Origin: Vicugna vicugna
Lineage: Eukaryota
Length of the DNA stretch: 64,000 bases
Assembly: GCA_013265495.1 (NCBI GenBank)
Contig: MU058718.1
Coordinates: 3,123,779-3,187,778 of the forward strand
Direction: 5' to 3'
Shown here piece after piece: positions 14,421 to 28,469 of this stretch (position 1 is the stretch's first letter; each line of letters starts with the position of its first letter). The notes under the pieces are model-generated. The model made no database searches. It was given only the letters and a program-made list of their open reading frames with translations, and was not told where the DNA came from. Position numbers and translations under genes: made by a program.

Positions 14421-14729
14421 CCTGCTTCATTGCCTTCCGTAATTTCCTCTTAAAGTGTGTGTCTTGAGATCGGCTTTGAATGGCTCCTCAATAATTTCTA
14501 AACTGAACCTAACTGAATACACAAGTTTAAGTGGAAAAAATGTTCACTTTGCCTTTCTGTACTCATGCACCAACCTCCCACCTAGCAAAAACTTCTCTTC
14601 AGCCCAACTATTTCTGAAAATAATATTTTTAGAGGTTTAATCTCTATTTTGGAGTTCAAGCAAGTGGTAAATTGTTTATGTACAAGGTGCATTTGTGTGT
14701 GTGTATAAGTATGTGTTTGTATGTGTATG

Positions 14730-15081
14730 TGTGTGTCTTTGCTGCTATAACAAAAAATACCATACATTGGGTGGCCTATAAACAAAGAAATTTATTTCTC
14801 ACAGTTGTGGAAACTGGTAAGTCCAAGATCATGGCTCCAGCAGATTTGATGTCTGATGAGGGCCCACTTCCTAGACAGCTATCTTTTTGCTGTGACTTCA
14901 CACGGCAAAAGGGACGAGGGAGCTCTCTGTGGTCTTTTCCTAAAAGGGCACTAATCCCATTCATGAGGAATCCACCCTCATGACCTAAACATATCCCAAA
15001 GGTCCCACCTCCAAATATCACACTGGGAATTAGGTTTCAACAGATAAACGTTGGGAGGACACAAACATTCAGTCTCTAGCA
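14730..15081 (-). mobile_element. MaLR solo LTR (MLT1A-like)
   Basis: gctgctataacaaaaatacc...aaatttatttctcacagtt...gtccaagatca...ggacacaaacattcagtctctagca. Confidence 0.8.
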
Positions 15082-15389
15082 CTGTGCACACATGCTATTT
15101 GAATCTGACTCAGATCCTTTAATTCTAAAGGAAATAATTGGATAATTCTCTCAATCAAATAGTGTGCATTTAGTCAGCTCTGGAATATCTTTTTACCAAA
15201 GTTTTCCAAAAAGAACTGTATGTTCACTGTTATTTGAAAATACTCTGAGTCTTTAAACTATATTCATTCTTAAAAGTAGTGGCTGAGGTACATCTTCAAC
15301 AGGTCCATCCTTTCTTCCAATATTTCATTTTTTTTTCACTCTTTTCCTGCTGACATTAACCACAGCCCTTTGTTTTGTCTTGACTTTGA

Positions 15390-16770
15390 CCATGATGGTG
15401 GCTTATGCCTTGAGACACACTCTACTCACTGTTTCAAGACTCCGGTTCCTTCTCAGTTTTGTTTGTAGACTCTTCTTTCTTTATATGCCCCTTAAACATT
15501 GAAGTTTCCATGTTTCATTCTCCAGTGCTTTATTCTTGATCCTCTTCACTTTTTATTCAACAGAGACTCCCTGGATGATTTAACCGACCTTCATGTTCCT
15601 AAACAAACTCTATTTATGCTGATAGCCCCTAAATCAACTCTCTCTGGGTCAAAATTCTCCCATTCTTGAGCTACAGACTCATACGCCAAGTGTCTGCCAG
15701 ATACCCACATCTGGATATCCTGTGGCACATCAAATTCAATATGTTCCAAATCAACTCATCATCTCCCAATCTCCCAAACTTATATCTTTTACTATTTCCC
15801 CTGTTAGTTGGAGAATCATCACCAAAGTAACCAACTATACCTATTTTCCCTGGACTAAGGGGCTTCCCAGCACGTGGGACTCTCAGTCTTAATAAGACAG
15901 TCCTAGGCAAACAGGAGTGGTCAACCCTAAGCACCACCCACTCATCATGGGGTCTAGAATATGAGAGTCATCTTTGACTGTCTTCCCTTTTTTAATATAT
16001 ATATATTAATATATATATATATATTTTAATATATATATATATACATATTCCATTTTTTCCCTCCTTCATTCTCCATGTTCTTCCAATTTAATTTCCTAAA
16101 CAGTTATCAAACTCCTGCTCTCCTCTCCACCCCTAGCTCATGCCCTCACCATCTCTTGCCTGTTTTAGCACCCTAGCCTCCTAAAGTATGTCTCTGATGC
16201 CAGTCTTATTCCCCTTTAGATTCATGCTCCACACAGCTGCTGAAGAAACAGTTTCCAAACAGAAACCTCACCACATCTTTGCCCTGCTTAAACATTCCAC
16301 GGGCTCCCCATTGCCCTTGGGATAAAGCCCAGATGAGTTACTGTGGAAAAGCCCTCCTTGGTCCCTCCAGCCCCAGCCTCCTCTTGTGTCACTCATTGAG
16401 CTGTGTAGGTGTCTCCACAGTCCAGACTCTGCTCATTCTCAGTTTTTGCTGAGACTTTACCCTGCCATGTCCTTTTCTCTCTACTTTACCTACCTTCTTC
16501 ACCTGGTCAACTCAGATTCAAGGCTCAACTCCTCTGGCATCATTGCCTCTGGGTGGCCTTCCATAACATGTACATTCCACAGGTGCACTGGCTGCTCCTT
16601 CTCTGCACCTCTCCCCACAGTGCACTCAAGTGATGTATTTGCCAGTCAATCTTTCTTCCCTTCTGGATTGCGAACTTCCCAGGAGCAGATACAGGTGCCT
16701 CCTTGATGGCATCTAGGATGACGTCTGGTACAGGCAGACCTCAGCAAACATTCATGGAACGTATGTACTT
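15390..16770 (+). mobile_element. L2 fossil interrupted by a MER94-like hAT element (about 15826-15930) and (TA)n (15995-16045)
   Basis: L2-like motifs (tctatttatgctgat; catcaaattcaatatgttccaaa; gagtcatctttgac) and a MER94-like end ...gtggtcaaccct. Confidence 0.65.
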
Positions 16771-19199
16771 GGAATGCAAACTGGGGGCCAGCAGGTCAGA
16801 TCCAGCCCATGGTTATGGTTTATTTGGCCAGCAAGATTTCTTTTATAGCATCAATGTTTAAAAATCAGGAGAGCTCATCTAAAAATCGACAGTTTGGGGA
16901 TCTCTTGAGAAGTTGAAATACCTGAAAATAGTAGGTTCATATTTTTCTGTGGTATTGACCTCATTAGAAAGGACACTTGCTCCCCATCTGCACAGTTCAC
17001 TCTCAGCCTCCATCACTCCTGGGCCTAAGGGACAGGTTCCTCATGTCTGCTCTACTCTGTTCTCAAAGAGATATCTGGAGGAATTTTTTTGGTTGAGTTT
17101 CACTTGGGGGAGCTGCCAGATGCTGTCCAAAGCAGGTGGATTGCTTTTCCTTAGAGAGTAAAGAAATAGAGACCACCTTGGTGGGCCTGGAACATTTAGG
17201 GTGAGCAAGAAGTCCACCCTGGCCAGTGACTTCTGCTCTTGTGTTCTGCCTTTCTAGACTTCTATCTAATATTGAAACCATCATACTGTCATTGCTAGCT
17301 CAATTTTTGAAACTCAAAGAACTTTATTGCCAATTTCCTTCTATATCTTTCCCTAGAGAAAGCCGTATGAGAAGATGCTAGTGATATTATCAACATTACC
17401 ATCTTCAAACCAGCCCTTTCAATGTTGCTATCTCATTTAATTCTTACCGCATCTCTAGGACAGTAAGTAAGTCACAGGGTCTTGGAGTAAGAGATTCAAT
17501 TTCGTAAGTCTATTGAACTTTCACCACAGGTGTGATTGTTTTCATGCAAAACAGACAGCGATCATGTGCACAGAGACACCTTGAAAGCTTTTTACATCTC
17601 AACTGCTCACAGCTTTATGAATTTCAATGGTTCAAAAGAAGTTTATTTTTCACCACAGGCCCAGATGGAAATGGCTGCTGTCAGGAAGAGCTGAAGTCCC
17701 CAGCTGAGATAAAGCAGATTTCCAGGCAGAGGAAGTCAGGATTGGACCAACCAGTTCTGCCATCTGTTCCTCTGTGCTGACCCGAGAGCTGGCAGCCCCT
17801 ATGGGACCTGGGGAATCATCCAGCTGTGGGTTTATGTTCTACTGGGATTGAATCCAGTCACTGTCCCTGACTTCCAGGCTTTGACCGTTAATCCTGTGCT
17901 TTTTAGTACATATTTATCAACAATAACAAAGTTAATTCAACTTAGTCTAATTAGGATCATTTGATCACATTCTTTGGGATCGCTGTGGATATTACCAAGC
18001 ATGCCCAAGTCAGGACTTCAGATCCCTGACTGCAGGGCCTCCTTCTGTCTCAGGTGGCCTCTCTGGAACAGTGGGCCAGCCATTTCCCTGTGGCTGCAAA
18101 ACTGTTCCACAGCAGCTCTGACAAACAGAGGACACTGCTGAGCCTGATCATCAACACGCCACGAGGGGAAAATTCATTGTATTCTGAGATTCCTTTTTCA
18201 TGGGATGGAATCTCAAAATCAGCAGCAGATACTGCAGGTCCTTCTGTGGAACTGCCCTGAAGACTGACTTTTGTGTTTCTCCAGAAGAACCTCCCACCTA
18301 AGAATGGCCAGCTGCCAGACGCCGAATGCCACAGGGAGAGACTCACCCTTCCCACCATCCCTGCCCCCCTTGCCAAGAACACTGTGGGAAACTCCCTCTG
18401 AAGTCATACATCTCTTTTCTGGACTGTGACCCAGTCTGGGCATGACTGCGGCCACCAGCAGCTGGGCACAGCAATTGAGGGGCAGACATCTGTTCCACGG
18501 AGACGGCAGGGCCGAATCTTCATTTTAATGAGACTGGAAAGATGGGCTGCTATGGGTATTTCTGGGACAGGACTACATACACTGTTTGCCCATCTTGCCC
18601 ATTTACCCAGTGCCTGGGATGAGATACCACAACTAGTCTGAACAAGCCTTCTGAGACTGACTGAACTCCTTTATCTTGACGGCAACCTTCCTCCGTGTAT
18701 TTCTAAGTGAGAGAGAATGTCAAGATCAAACCTACATCAAACTGGGTGAGGTAACCCACTGAAAGTGGCTTTTCCCTAGGTCTGTAACTTGGCATTAGGT
18801 CTCATCGCCTGCCCCAATCTTATTGCATAAGCAGGATGATATTTGGGAGGTTTGTTTGAAAAAGAGAGGTTGGCTTAGCCACGGTTGGGAGGCAAGCCTT
18901 CCAGGTGCTCCTGCATGGCCGAACCTGCCCCTGAACTACAGCCAGAGCAGTGCAGTCCAACCTGCTCTGTACATCACCATCACAAGCAGCGAGCTCCCAG
19001 GGCCCCTCGTTCTTTGTCAACAGATAACCAATTTGCATTTCATCATGAATTAACACCTTGCATTGAAGAGGAAGATCAGTCGACAATTACCCCTTAGACA
19101 TGTCAACCAATTCACTTCAGCAAACTCTTATTGATCACTAGCTAAGGATTTCCCAAACACCAAGTTTTTTTTTTAAATCAAATAAATGAAAGGAAATCG

Positions 19200-19410
19200 C
19201 AAATAACCCCATTAAAGTGAAACTATGAACACCAAAATGGAGAGAGAATCTTAAAAGCATCTTGAGAGAAAAGACACATTATCGGTGAAGAAACAGCAAT
19301 TAGAATGATGTTAGCGTCTCCACAACAACACTGGAAGCCAGAAAAGATAGGAATATACCTTCAAGTAGTGCATAACTGTCAACCTCGAATTATATGCTCT
19401 CAAAGCATCT
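19200..19410 (+). mobile_element. Old L1/HAL1 ORF1 fragment
   Basis: gagagaatcttaaaagcatc...caacaacactggaagccagaa...aacctcgaattata. Confidence 0.6.
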
Positions 19411-22400
19411 AAAACAATTGAGGCTGTGATAAGAATTGTAATCCAGTTGTAAATTAGGAGCTCCTAGAAAGCTAAGGGAGGAACAGCTGATTCTGCATGA
19501 TGGTAGCATTGAGGGCTGGTGAATGGGACACGTGGCACAGAACTAGATTTGGATCCTGAGATGAGCAGGATTTAGGCAGCTGGGGGAGCAGGGATGCAGG
19601 GCAGATAGCTACAGTATCCTTTGTTCAAGTGAGGAAAAGGCCCTACCTCTAAGTCAGTGCAGCTCCACCCAAGGTGCCCAGAGTGGAGGCTGTGAGCAAG
19701 ATGCCAGCCCTCCCTTGATTCCTCAGCTCGGTGTCCCTACACAGGGCATCATCTGAGCATAGGTATCTTGCTGCCCTGCACAGAGGTGCTCCCAAGAGAG
19801 AAGCCTCAGCCAAGGCCTAGAGGCACATGTGGAGGTTCTGGTAATTTCAGGCAATGGAAAACTGGTATCTACATCTGGTAAGAATGTCTTCTCCCTGGTG
19901 CTCAGGCTTGGGCACTGGACCATGTAGGAGAACAGGCGTTTCTGTGAGCAGGAGAGGCAGAGAAATGAGAAAGCGAAGTAGGAACATCCAGGTTGATGTG
20001 GCCCTTCTAGAAGACAATCCATGTGACTTCCAAGGGCACCAGGGACCTATTAAGATTCCAAACCTAAGGAGGTCAGTCACAGTTTTCAATTTCCTCTGCT
20101 TCTCCCCGTGCCCCACTGTGGCCTTGCTGTTGCTCCCTACAGCCCTTGTGGGCCTCTGTTCATTCACACTTCTCCACTTCATACCATGCGATATGCAGGA
20201 GTTAGAAGCTTCAAAGGATTCCTTCTCACCCTCCTTGTTAAGTCCTGGATCTCTGACCCCATTTACCTCCTTGTATGAGGATAAAGAATCATTGTCTTTT
20301 GAAGGAACAAGTAACCTTTTCCAGTACTCCCTTCCAGACAGTGTGGAATTCCCTGGACAGCAGTGATGACCAGTGCCCCTTCCCCTCTGCCCAAGCTCTC
20401 CTGGAACAATGGGCTGGTGGCTTATTTCCTGTGATGGCCCTTCTCTCCAAGGTGTCAGCCATTGTTTCTTCCCTATGTCTGTCTTCTCCCAGACAAAGAG
20501 CCTCTGTCTTTTCCTTAAGGAAAAGAATGCCCCATAACCACCTTAATACTGTTAGGATTTGGCATAGTGCCTTCACTCGTCCCCGTCACGGGTGCCATCT
20601 TCCTGTGCTGTAATCCCCTTCACTAGAGCCTTTGCTTGAGGGTGAAGACCATTGCTTATTGATCATTGACACCATCCTCAGGGTCTTGGGTACTCCTGGA
20701 TATCTGGTAGACACTCACTGAATTATGTCTGAAAGAATAAGTAAAGTTACAACCATATTGCATGCTTTCCAGATCATCCAATGCATCCTTGCTACTCTGG
20801 ATGTGCTACAGACTCGAAAAACATGAAGACCAGAACCCCTAAGGCAGCCCCAACTTCTGAGTACATGTGTACACAAGAGAGAAACACTGCCCCAGTCTGT
20901 GGCTTCAGCATTTTCATTCTTTGCTCCTTCATATTCTCTCTTTGGGCAGCAACAGCCTCTTATCAATCTTCCAGCCTGTCCACTTTCTCCTCATTCATAG
21001 TGTGAATTTTCCCAAAGATCGAAAATGAGAGGCAAGAGCACTGGGAACACATGCCAGTCATGCCTCTGGTTCCCTCCTCTACCATTGCCCCAACTCAGAT
21101 CCCCCCTGCTGCACAGATCCTGGGTTTTTTTCCCCCCCAGGAAACATCAACTTCTCAAGAAAACTGAACGTCTTGCACAAGTGCCAGCACGGTGTGAGGC
21201 ACACAACTGATTTCTGCGAGGTAGCATGGAAGTTAAGGGTGGGTTCTGCAACCTGTCACCCTGAGTCTGGATCTTAACTCCATGGCTTCTCAGCTCACGG
21301 CAGAGGGTAAGTTCCAACCCTCTCCATGCCTTTGCCCCCTGACCTCTCAAACGGAGGTAGTGATGTTACCTACCACTGAGGGCTGCTGTGATAATTAAAT
21401 GAGATAATGAGTTAAAAATACCTAGTATGTAGTAAATGCAGGAACTGTTAGCTAGTATAATAACCATGATTTCACAAATATTTACAAAGTATTGGCAAAT
21501 GCAAAACCACACAGTACTGGACAATGCTTTGATAGGTACATATTTTTTCACTTCAACACAGAGCATTTACAGGGTCTTCTGTGTGTAAACTGCTGAGGGT
21601 ACAAAGATGAAAAGCACCAGAGATTTTTTTTTTTGGAAAATATTCTTTTTGTGCCTTTCCCCTATAACCTGTGTTGCTATAAGGTGTCTCTAATAAAGTG
21701 ATAGTCAGCAGGTATCAAAAAAAATCTTCTTTCAGTAAGTCCCTTAATCTTTTGGGTCTCAGTTTCCTCTACTTCAAATCCAGAGGGTTCGGCTACTTAA
21801 CCTTTAAGGCTCCTTCTAGCACTAACAGTGTATAGTTTTAGAATCATGGGGATTTGGTTGTTTGTAAAACTCTCACTTCTATTGCAGCATCTTTTTCCCC
21901 CCTACTCTTCTGATGGACCAGGGAAGCCCACAGGAAACTCAGTTTTGAGGTCACAAAAGAAGAGGAGCCCAAACCTCTCAACCCAGACACAGCCCCTGGC
22001 TTTGATGACAACAGGACAGAGGGAGCAGAGTTCTCTGCGGACCTGGGAAGCGGGTACGGAACTGTCCAGGAGGCTGCTGGCTTGAGGTCTCTATGGGGGA
22101 GCCCAGCAGCAGCCCCCACCCAAATCAGGCTGATTGTGGGGGCACAGTGATCTGACCAGGAGCCAAGAGATGCTTTCATACTGGGCTCTAAGGAAGGACC
22201 GTTCAGCCTCTTGCTGTCTTCCAGAATAATCCAGCTTCTCCCAGCAGGGAGCAAAGCTATGCAGAGATTCCCTGAGACTTGGATGGTCACTTGGATGGCC
22301 ACAGACCCTCACTTTCTCCCTGGGTCCATTAAACAAACAGAAAAACAAATAGTCCGTCAAAATCAAGCCATCTCCCGGCCCCTGCGGTGTCTTAATGGTC

Positions 22401-23233
22401 GTTCCAGTATTGCTGAAGTTTTCAAGCACATTACGTTAGGAGGGAGGGAAGAAACATCTAAAAGGAACATCTCTAAGGAGGTGCTGCACCTCAGGCTAGA
22501 AGGGAATGGATCAGGTTGTGGGTTCCCTGAAAGTCGACATTGATATCCAAGACCTCTCAGGCACACAGACGCTTCCACACCCTGCCAGTGGCATGGGCAT
22601 TATTCGCCAAAGCCATTTAAAAAGCCGTTTAGAAATCTGGAGAACGAAACCCTAAGGGCTCAGCCACTCCTTGCCAAGGCCAGGAAGGAGCTGGCTCTCC
22701 TCCTCACCTGCGCCATCACCCTCGGGGCAGAAAGGGCCTTTGGAACCATGGAACAAAAGATGGGTCATGAATCCAAACTCCCGAGCTCCCTCCCATTGTC
22801 ATCAGCCCCATGAGGGCTGGCATTTTACAAATCGATTGACCTCCTATACTGCTAACAATTGAATTGCGACTGACGGTACAGAGAAAACAGGAGAGGAAAA
22901 ACGGAATTGAAGCATCAACCCCATTTCACTTTCTGGCGACTCTGCACAAGCAACCCTTTGTGGGCCGATGTGGGAACGTGCCCCCGCCTTCCTGGCTCAG
23001 GCAGCCCTCAAGGGGACTCTCGAGAGGGTCTGATGTTCCCCCAAATTATCATCAAATCTCTTGACAGTGGGGCCAGACCCACCGGGAAAAACATTCTGTC
23101 AGACAAAAACTCACAACTTATGGAAAAAAAAAAAAACGGTCAGCTTAAAGGGGTTTCCCGTCCCCCTTTGCCCAAAATATTCACCCGCAGAGTTTTCTCC
23201 ACAAAAGCAATCATCCTTTTCCCCCCACATTCT

Positions 23234-23646
23234 CTTTTTTTCTTTAATATAAAAAAAATTTATTGAAGTGTAGTTGATTTATGACGTTAATTTTAGGTGT
23301 ACAGCAAAGTGATTCAGTTATACACATACATACATATATATTTTTTTCTTTTCAGATTCTTTTCCATTATATGTTTTACAAGAAATTGAATATGGTTCCC
23401 TGGGCTGTACTGTCTACCCTTGTTGTTTATTTTATATACAGTAATGTGTGTCTCTTAATCCCTAACCCCTAATTTATCCTTCCTCGCTCTTTCCCCTTTG
23501 GTAATCATAGTTTGTTTTCTGTTTGAGTCTGTTTTTGGATGTAGAGATTATTATATTGAGTGAAATTAAGTCAGACAGAGAAAGACAAATACCATATGAT
23601 ATCACTTATATGTGGAATCTAAAAAAAATGATGCAAATTCTATTTA
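23234..23646 (-). mobile_element. 5'-inverted L1 3' fragment with TSD
   Basis: Minus-strand 3'UTR to about 23537, then the upstream L1 segment in plus orientation. TSD cacattct(c/a)ttt at 23226 and 23647. Confidence 0.85.
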
Positions 23647-24071
23647 CACATTCTATTTACAAAAGCAATCATCTTTGCTACTTCTCTACTACTGGGAGAC
23701 AAGACAGGCTCCAGCATCCTGGCAAATGCAGAGGAAACACTTCCCTACTTATTCTTTCTGTAAGGGGGACACTGCTTCAAAGGGACCTGACGACAGAGAG
23801 CTTTTGTACCCTTTCCCTTGAAAGTTGGAGACAGAGGCTGTAGACAGTCAGGCTTCTGGAGAGAAGGGTGTGGCATGAGGCCCACATGGGAAAGCCAATT
23901 ACTGGTCCTGTAAGCCAATTGGAGTTGCAGCCCAATTGGGCCCAGAAGGACCACAGATGCAGTGCACACCGGTGAAGGTATAGCATTTCATTTTATGAAA
24001 CACAGGTTTTTTTTTTTTAATATGTTTTTGGAGACAAGAGTCTGCGTAATTTTTGGCAGCACGAACCTTAC

Positions 24072-24180
24072 CATATGCTGAGAGAGAGTGAGGGTTGAAT
24101 AACACGCTGCCCAGTCTTTTGGTGTGTCACAGCTGAGTCACATCCAATCTGACACTCAGAGAATATAAATAGGAAAGATT
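24072..24180 (-). promoter_or_regulatory. Motif cluster with splice donor: ATG-only first exon or 6-nt microexon
   Basis: Minus strand reads ctctctctcag|CATATG|gtaagg. GCTGAGTCA (AP-1/ARE core) 24132-24140, CAGCTG 24130-24135, TATAAATAG 24164-24172. Confidence 0.4.
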
Positions 24181-26352
24181 TGGGGAGAAGAAATCTGAAA
24201 TCTGTATGTTGGACTTTTCCAAGTTCTTGCTAGGTTGTGCTGTTTTCCTTTGCGGTCCTGGCTGTGATAAAACAAAGTCAGGAAGAAGAGCCTTTGTTCA
24301 AACTTTTGAAGATCTTGGATACATTAGATTGGGCGAGCTTGGTTGAAAGACAGAGAATAAACATTCTGTATTTCTTAGAATGAGGTGGAATGTGTGTTTC
24401 CTAGGCCAAGGGTGGGGTGAAGGGAGAGATGCTTATGGACTGTGGACATCAGACTGAAGTCCTATGGGGCTAGTCCCACTCTGGTGCCTTCTAGACCTCA
24501 TTAAGTACAGGGAAGCCAGATTCATACGGCAATTCCTGCACCAGGAATCTGAGCTCAGAAAACATCAGGGCACGAGGCCAGATGTTGCTGAATTCCTCTA
24601 TTCTGCACTCTGTGGCTCCCTGACAAAATGATGCATGCCTTTGTTGGCTTTTCTTGCTGTTCTTCTGAGGTGAAACAGAGTTTCAACATGCTTTATACCA
24701 AAATGATTACACTAAAGAAGCCTGGCATATAGTTACCCAGAAGGAAGCTGTCCCAGAGGAGGGAGAACTGACCAGAAATGTTTAGTTCCAAGCCGTGGAC
24801 GTCAGGTGACCCGGGAGAGTCAACATGTCAAGTATGTAAACAAATATTTCTTAAGAACCCTATAAATGTGAGAGGCATAATTCCTGCCCCGGGAAGCTTA
24901 TAATGTTTGTTGGGGTGGAAGAGGAAGGTAAGAGATAAATATTCAGCAATTAGAACAGAGTAAAACTGGAGGCAAGCAAAACCAGAGGCTCTCCAGGAGT
25001 TTGCCAGAGTGAAATCCAGGACCGAAGCAACGTATGAGGCTATTTAGTCTATTAGCTGCAAGGCTCAAGATTAGTCTTCTTTCTGGATGTCTAATTTAAT
25101 TAGCACTGTAACAGATAAGTTCTAAAATTACTATTTCTCATGGTATGGAAACTCTTGATAGGGCTTAGAAAAAAGCATGTGTGTATCAGAGAGAGAGAGA
25201 GAGAAAGGAAAGGAGAGGAGAGGAAGGGAAGTCTGGGGAGGGAAAGATAGAACAAGAGTGTAAAGGAGGAGAGAAAGGGGCCCAACTTAGGTCACTCCTC
25301 CACCCCCCCACCGGAAACCACTAAGCACTTCCTACAAACATCAAAATTATTGTAGCCACTGTCATCCACACATGCTTTCAAGTTATCCAGATGTCTGAGA
25401 AGATTTAATGTGCTTCACAGAAGCAGCTAAATGAAAAGGACCCTTGCACCTGGACCTGTGGGACTCCTCAGTTTTCGGCACACACACAAATAGAGGACAG
25501 CGAGCCTGCCGCCAGGAGGGGCCTTGAGAACCTTGACTTTTCAGGTGCTCAGATACAGAACAGAGCTGGTTTCTGTATTTATCAGAGTGGATAGAGATCG
25601 CAAAGATTAATTATGTCATTAAGTAGCATATAATTACCAGGCATATTTTATGTACTGTGTATTTATGGCAATTTTCTAAAGCAATTTCACATCATTATCT
25701 TATATTATTCCCACCACTAAGATTTTTATATGTTTTTTCTGAAATTCAGTAGTTCCATGAGGAGCTCAATGCACCTTCTTCAGCTTAATTCTACCCTTAA
25801 TATAGAAGGAGGGGCAGATAGCCTCAGAACTCTAAGTGCTTAAATTTAGACGTTTGTATTCTCTGTCTCTCGATCTCTCAGAGTTTTATGACACAGAATG
25901 TAAAATTAGATCAAAGCCTCCACATGAAGATCACAGAATAAAGATATTTCAATTCAGCTCCTTTCCCTAAGGCCAATTAAATTTTAAAAAAACAGGAAAG
26001 AGAAAAAAAAAAACTCCATCTTGAATGAATCTTGGAGATAACCACAACTCCAAACCTCAGTCTTTGAGGAATGGATGCCAAAAGGAGTGAAACTGGGACC
26101 TGCAAGAGGGAAGACAGAAGGATAGACATAGACCCCCCACAGATCGCGGACGGACAGAGTTCTCCAAAAAGGGCGTGACCAGCGAGTTGGCTCCCAGAGC
26201 AGAGACCTGCCCTGGGGATGTTCTCATGACTCAGTGAACTGGATGGGAAAGTCTTTGAAACATGGTATTTAAAAGGAAGCTGTTGCTACCCAACCCCACT
26301 TTCCATCACCATAACTTAAGAATTCTTCAGTAACTGACCAGCTGCCATTCAA

Positions 26353-27361
26353 TATTTGCAAAAGATAAGACTGACATGGCCTTAATTTCCAGAATATATA
26401 AACAGTTCATACAACTTAATAATAAAACTAAACAATGCAATCCAAAAATGGGCAGAAGACCTAAACAAGCAATTCTCTAATGAAGACATACAAATGGCCA
26501 ATAGGTACATGAAAAGATGCTCAATATCGCTAACTATCAGAGAAATGCAAATCAAAATTACAGTGAGGTATCACTTCACACCAGTCAGAATGGCCATCAT
26601 TCAAAAGTCCACAAATGATAAATGCTGGAGAGGCTGTGGAGAAAAGGGAGCCCTCCTACACTGTTGGCGAGAATGTAGTTTGGTGCAGCTGTTATGGAAA
26701 ACAGTATGGAGATTCCTCAAAAGACTAAAGACTAAAATAATCCAGCAACCCCATTTCTGGGCATATATCCAGAGGGAACCTTAATTCAAAAAGGCACATG
26801 CACCCCAATACTCATAGCAGCACTATTTACAATAGCAAAGACAGGAAAACAACCTAAATGTCCATTGACAGAGGACTGGATAAAGAAGCTGTGGTATATT
26901 TATACAATGGAATATTACTCAGCCATAAAAAATAATATAATATTGCAATTTGCAGCAACATGGATGGACCTGGAGATTGTCATTCTAAGTGAAGTAAGCC
27001 AGAAAGAGAAAGAAAAATACCGTATCATATCACTTATATGTGGAATGTAAAAAAAAGACAAATGAACTTATTTACAAAATAGAAAGAGACTCACAGACAA
27101 TAGAAAACAAACTACGGTTACCAGGGTAGGAAGGGGGTAGAAAGGATAAATTGGGAGTTTGAGATTTGCAGATACTAACTAATGTATATAAAATATATAA
27201 ACAAGTTTATACCATATAGCACAGGGAACTATGTTCAATATCTTGTAATAACTTATGGTGAAAAGAATATGAAAATGAATATATGTATGTTCATGTATGA
27301 CTGAAGCATTATGCTGTACACAACATTGTAAACTGACTATAGATAATATAAAAGAAAGAAA
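26353..27361 (+). mobile_element. 5'-truncated camelid L1 with TSD
   Basis: ORF2 C-terminal peptides (26494..26784, 26865..27050). TSD agc(t/c)gccattcaa at 26340 and 27362. Confidence 0.92.
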
Positions 27362-28469
27362 AGCCGCCATTCAAAATTAAGTAATAATCAGAAGGAAATC
27401 AGCATGCAAAAAAGTTGACGGCTATTGGTTTATAGTATGAAGTTTCAAATTTGAAAGACAGGGGTTGAAATACTTTAAAAGACTTCATAGCAGCCATTTG
27501 AGAAAATAACTAGCTTTAAGTCTAAGGTTTATCCTTATAAGAGACCATCCTCACGGTTGGCCAAGGGAAACAGATTTTTAGGAAGGGCAGCCGTTTGGTG
27601 AGCTCCTGGCTATGGCTGCACCTGTAGTTTGTCAAGTCGAAGCTCCTCTGCCAGTCCAGGGATCTGAGGGGCCTGTCTCCCCAACTTTGGAGGCAGCAGA
27701 GTAGGGCGGGACTTGGGAGCTGGCTTCACAGCTGTGCTTTTCTGCACTGGAATGCCTTAAATCAACTCTGTGGTTCAAGAGGGTCCTTTTTAATGGCCTC
27801 AAAGAACTTTCCAGTAAACTTGAGTCATCAAAATGCTGTCCAAATATGTGTGGAGGCCTGGCTGAACCCAGCTCAAAAGGCTCTAAGAGCCAATTCAGGT
27901 GACTCCAGTCAGAAGCCCACTAACTGGGAAAAAAAAAAAAGTTGCCTTTTCATTTGAGTTATCACCAAAACCCAGCTCTTTCCTGTGTTGCCTGAATTAC
28001 AGGCATGGTTCCACGTTGATTCTCTATCGTGCTTTTTGCACCTCAATTACACTGGAGGGAAAATCACTGAGTTTTAGGGTTAGCGTTAACAAAGATAAAA
28101 AACCAAAACCCCATGCACAGTTTACATAATAATGATGATAATATATATATTTAAAAACATTTGTTAGACATCTACTATATGCCAAGTAAAGAGCTGGTGG
28201 TCAAACCTAGGTCTGGCCGATCTTGAAGTTTTAGAATATGGCACCCACTGCCTAGGGTGGGGTCCTGGTCCTACCATTTGTTCTCTGACCTTGACCAGGT
28301 TACTTAAACTTTCTGAGCCTTAGTTTGCTCGTCTGAAGAATGGGACTAATTAATACCTAATTTATGGAGTTATTGCACTGGCTAAATCCAATATATGTAA
28401 TACGTGAAGTACTGTTCAGCACAGTGCTTGACACATTGTATGCAGTCGATACAATTCCTGCTTTATCTT

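Noticed and set aside
17659..18260. Plus-strand acceptors at 17659 and 18054 with short open frames
   Set aside because: No strong matching donors or phase-consistent chain; at most lncRNA exons.
19854..20366. 170-aa plus-strand ORF
   Set aside because: No recognisable motif or convincing exon boundaries; overlapping ORFs on both strands suggest compositional chance.
22708..22869. Minus-strand AG...GT segment with good pyrimidine tract
   Set aside because: Stops in all three frames, so not coding; no other support.
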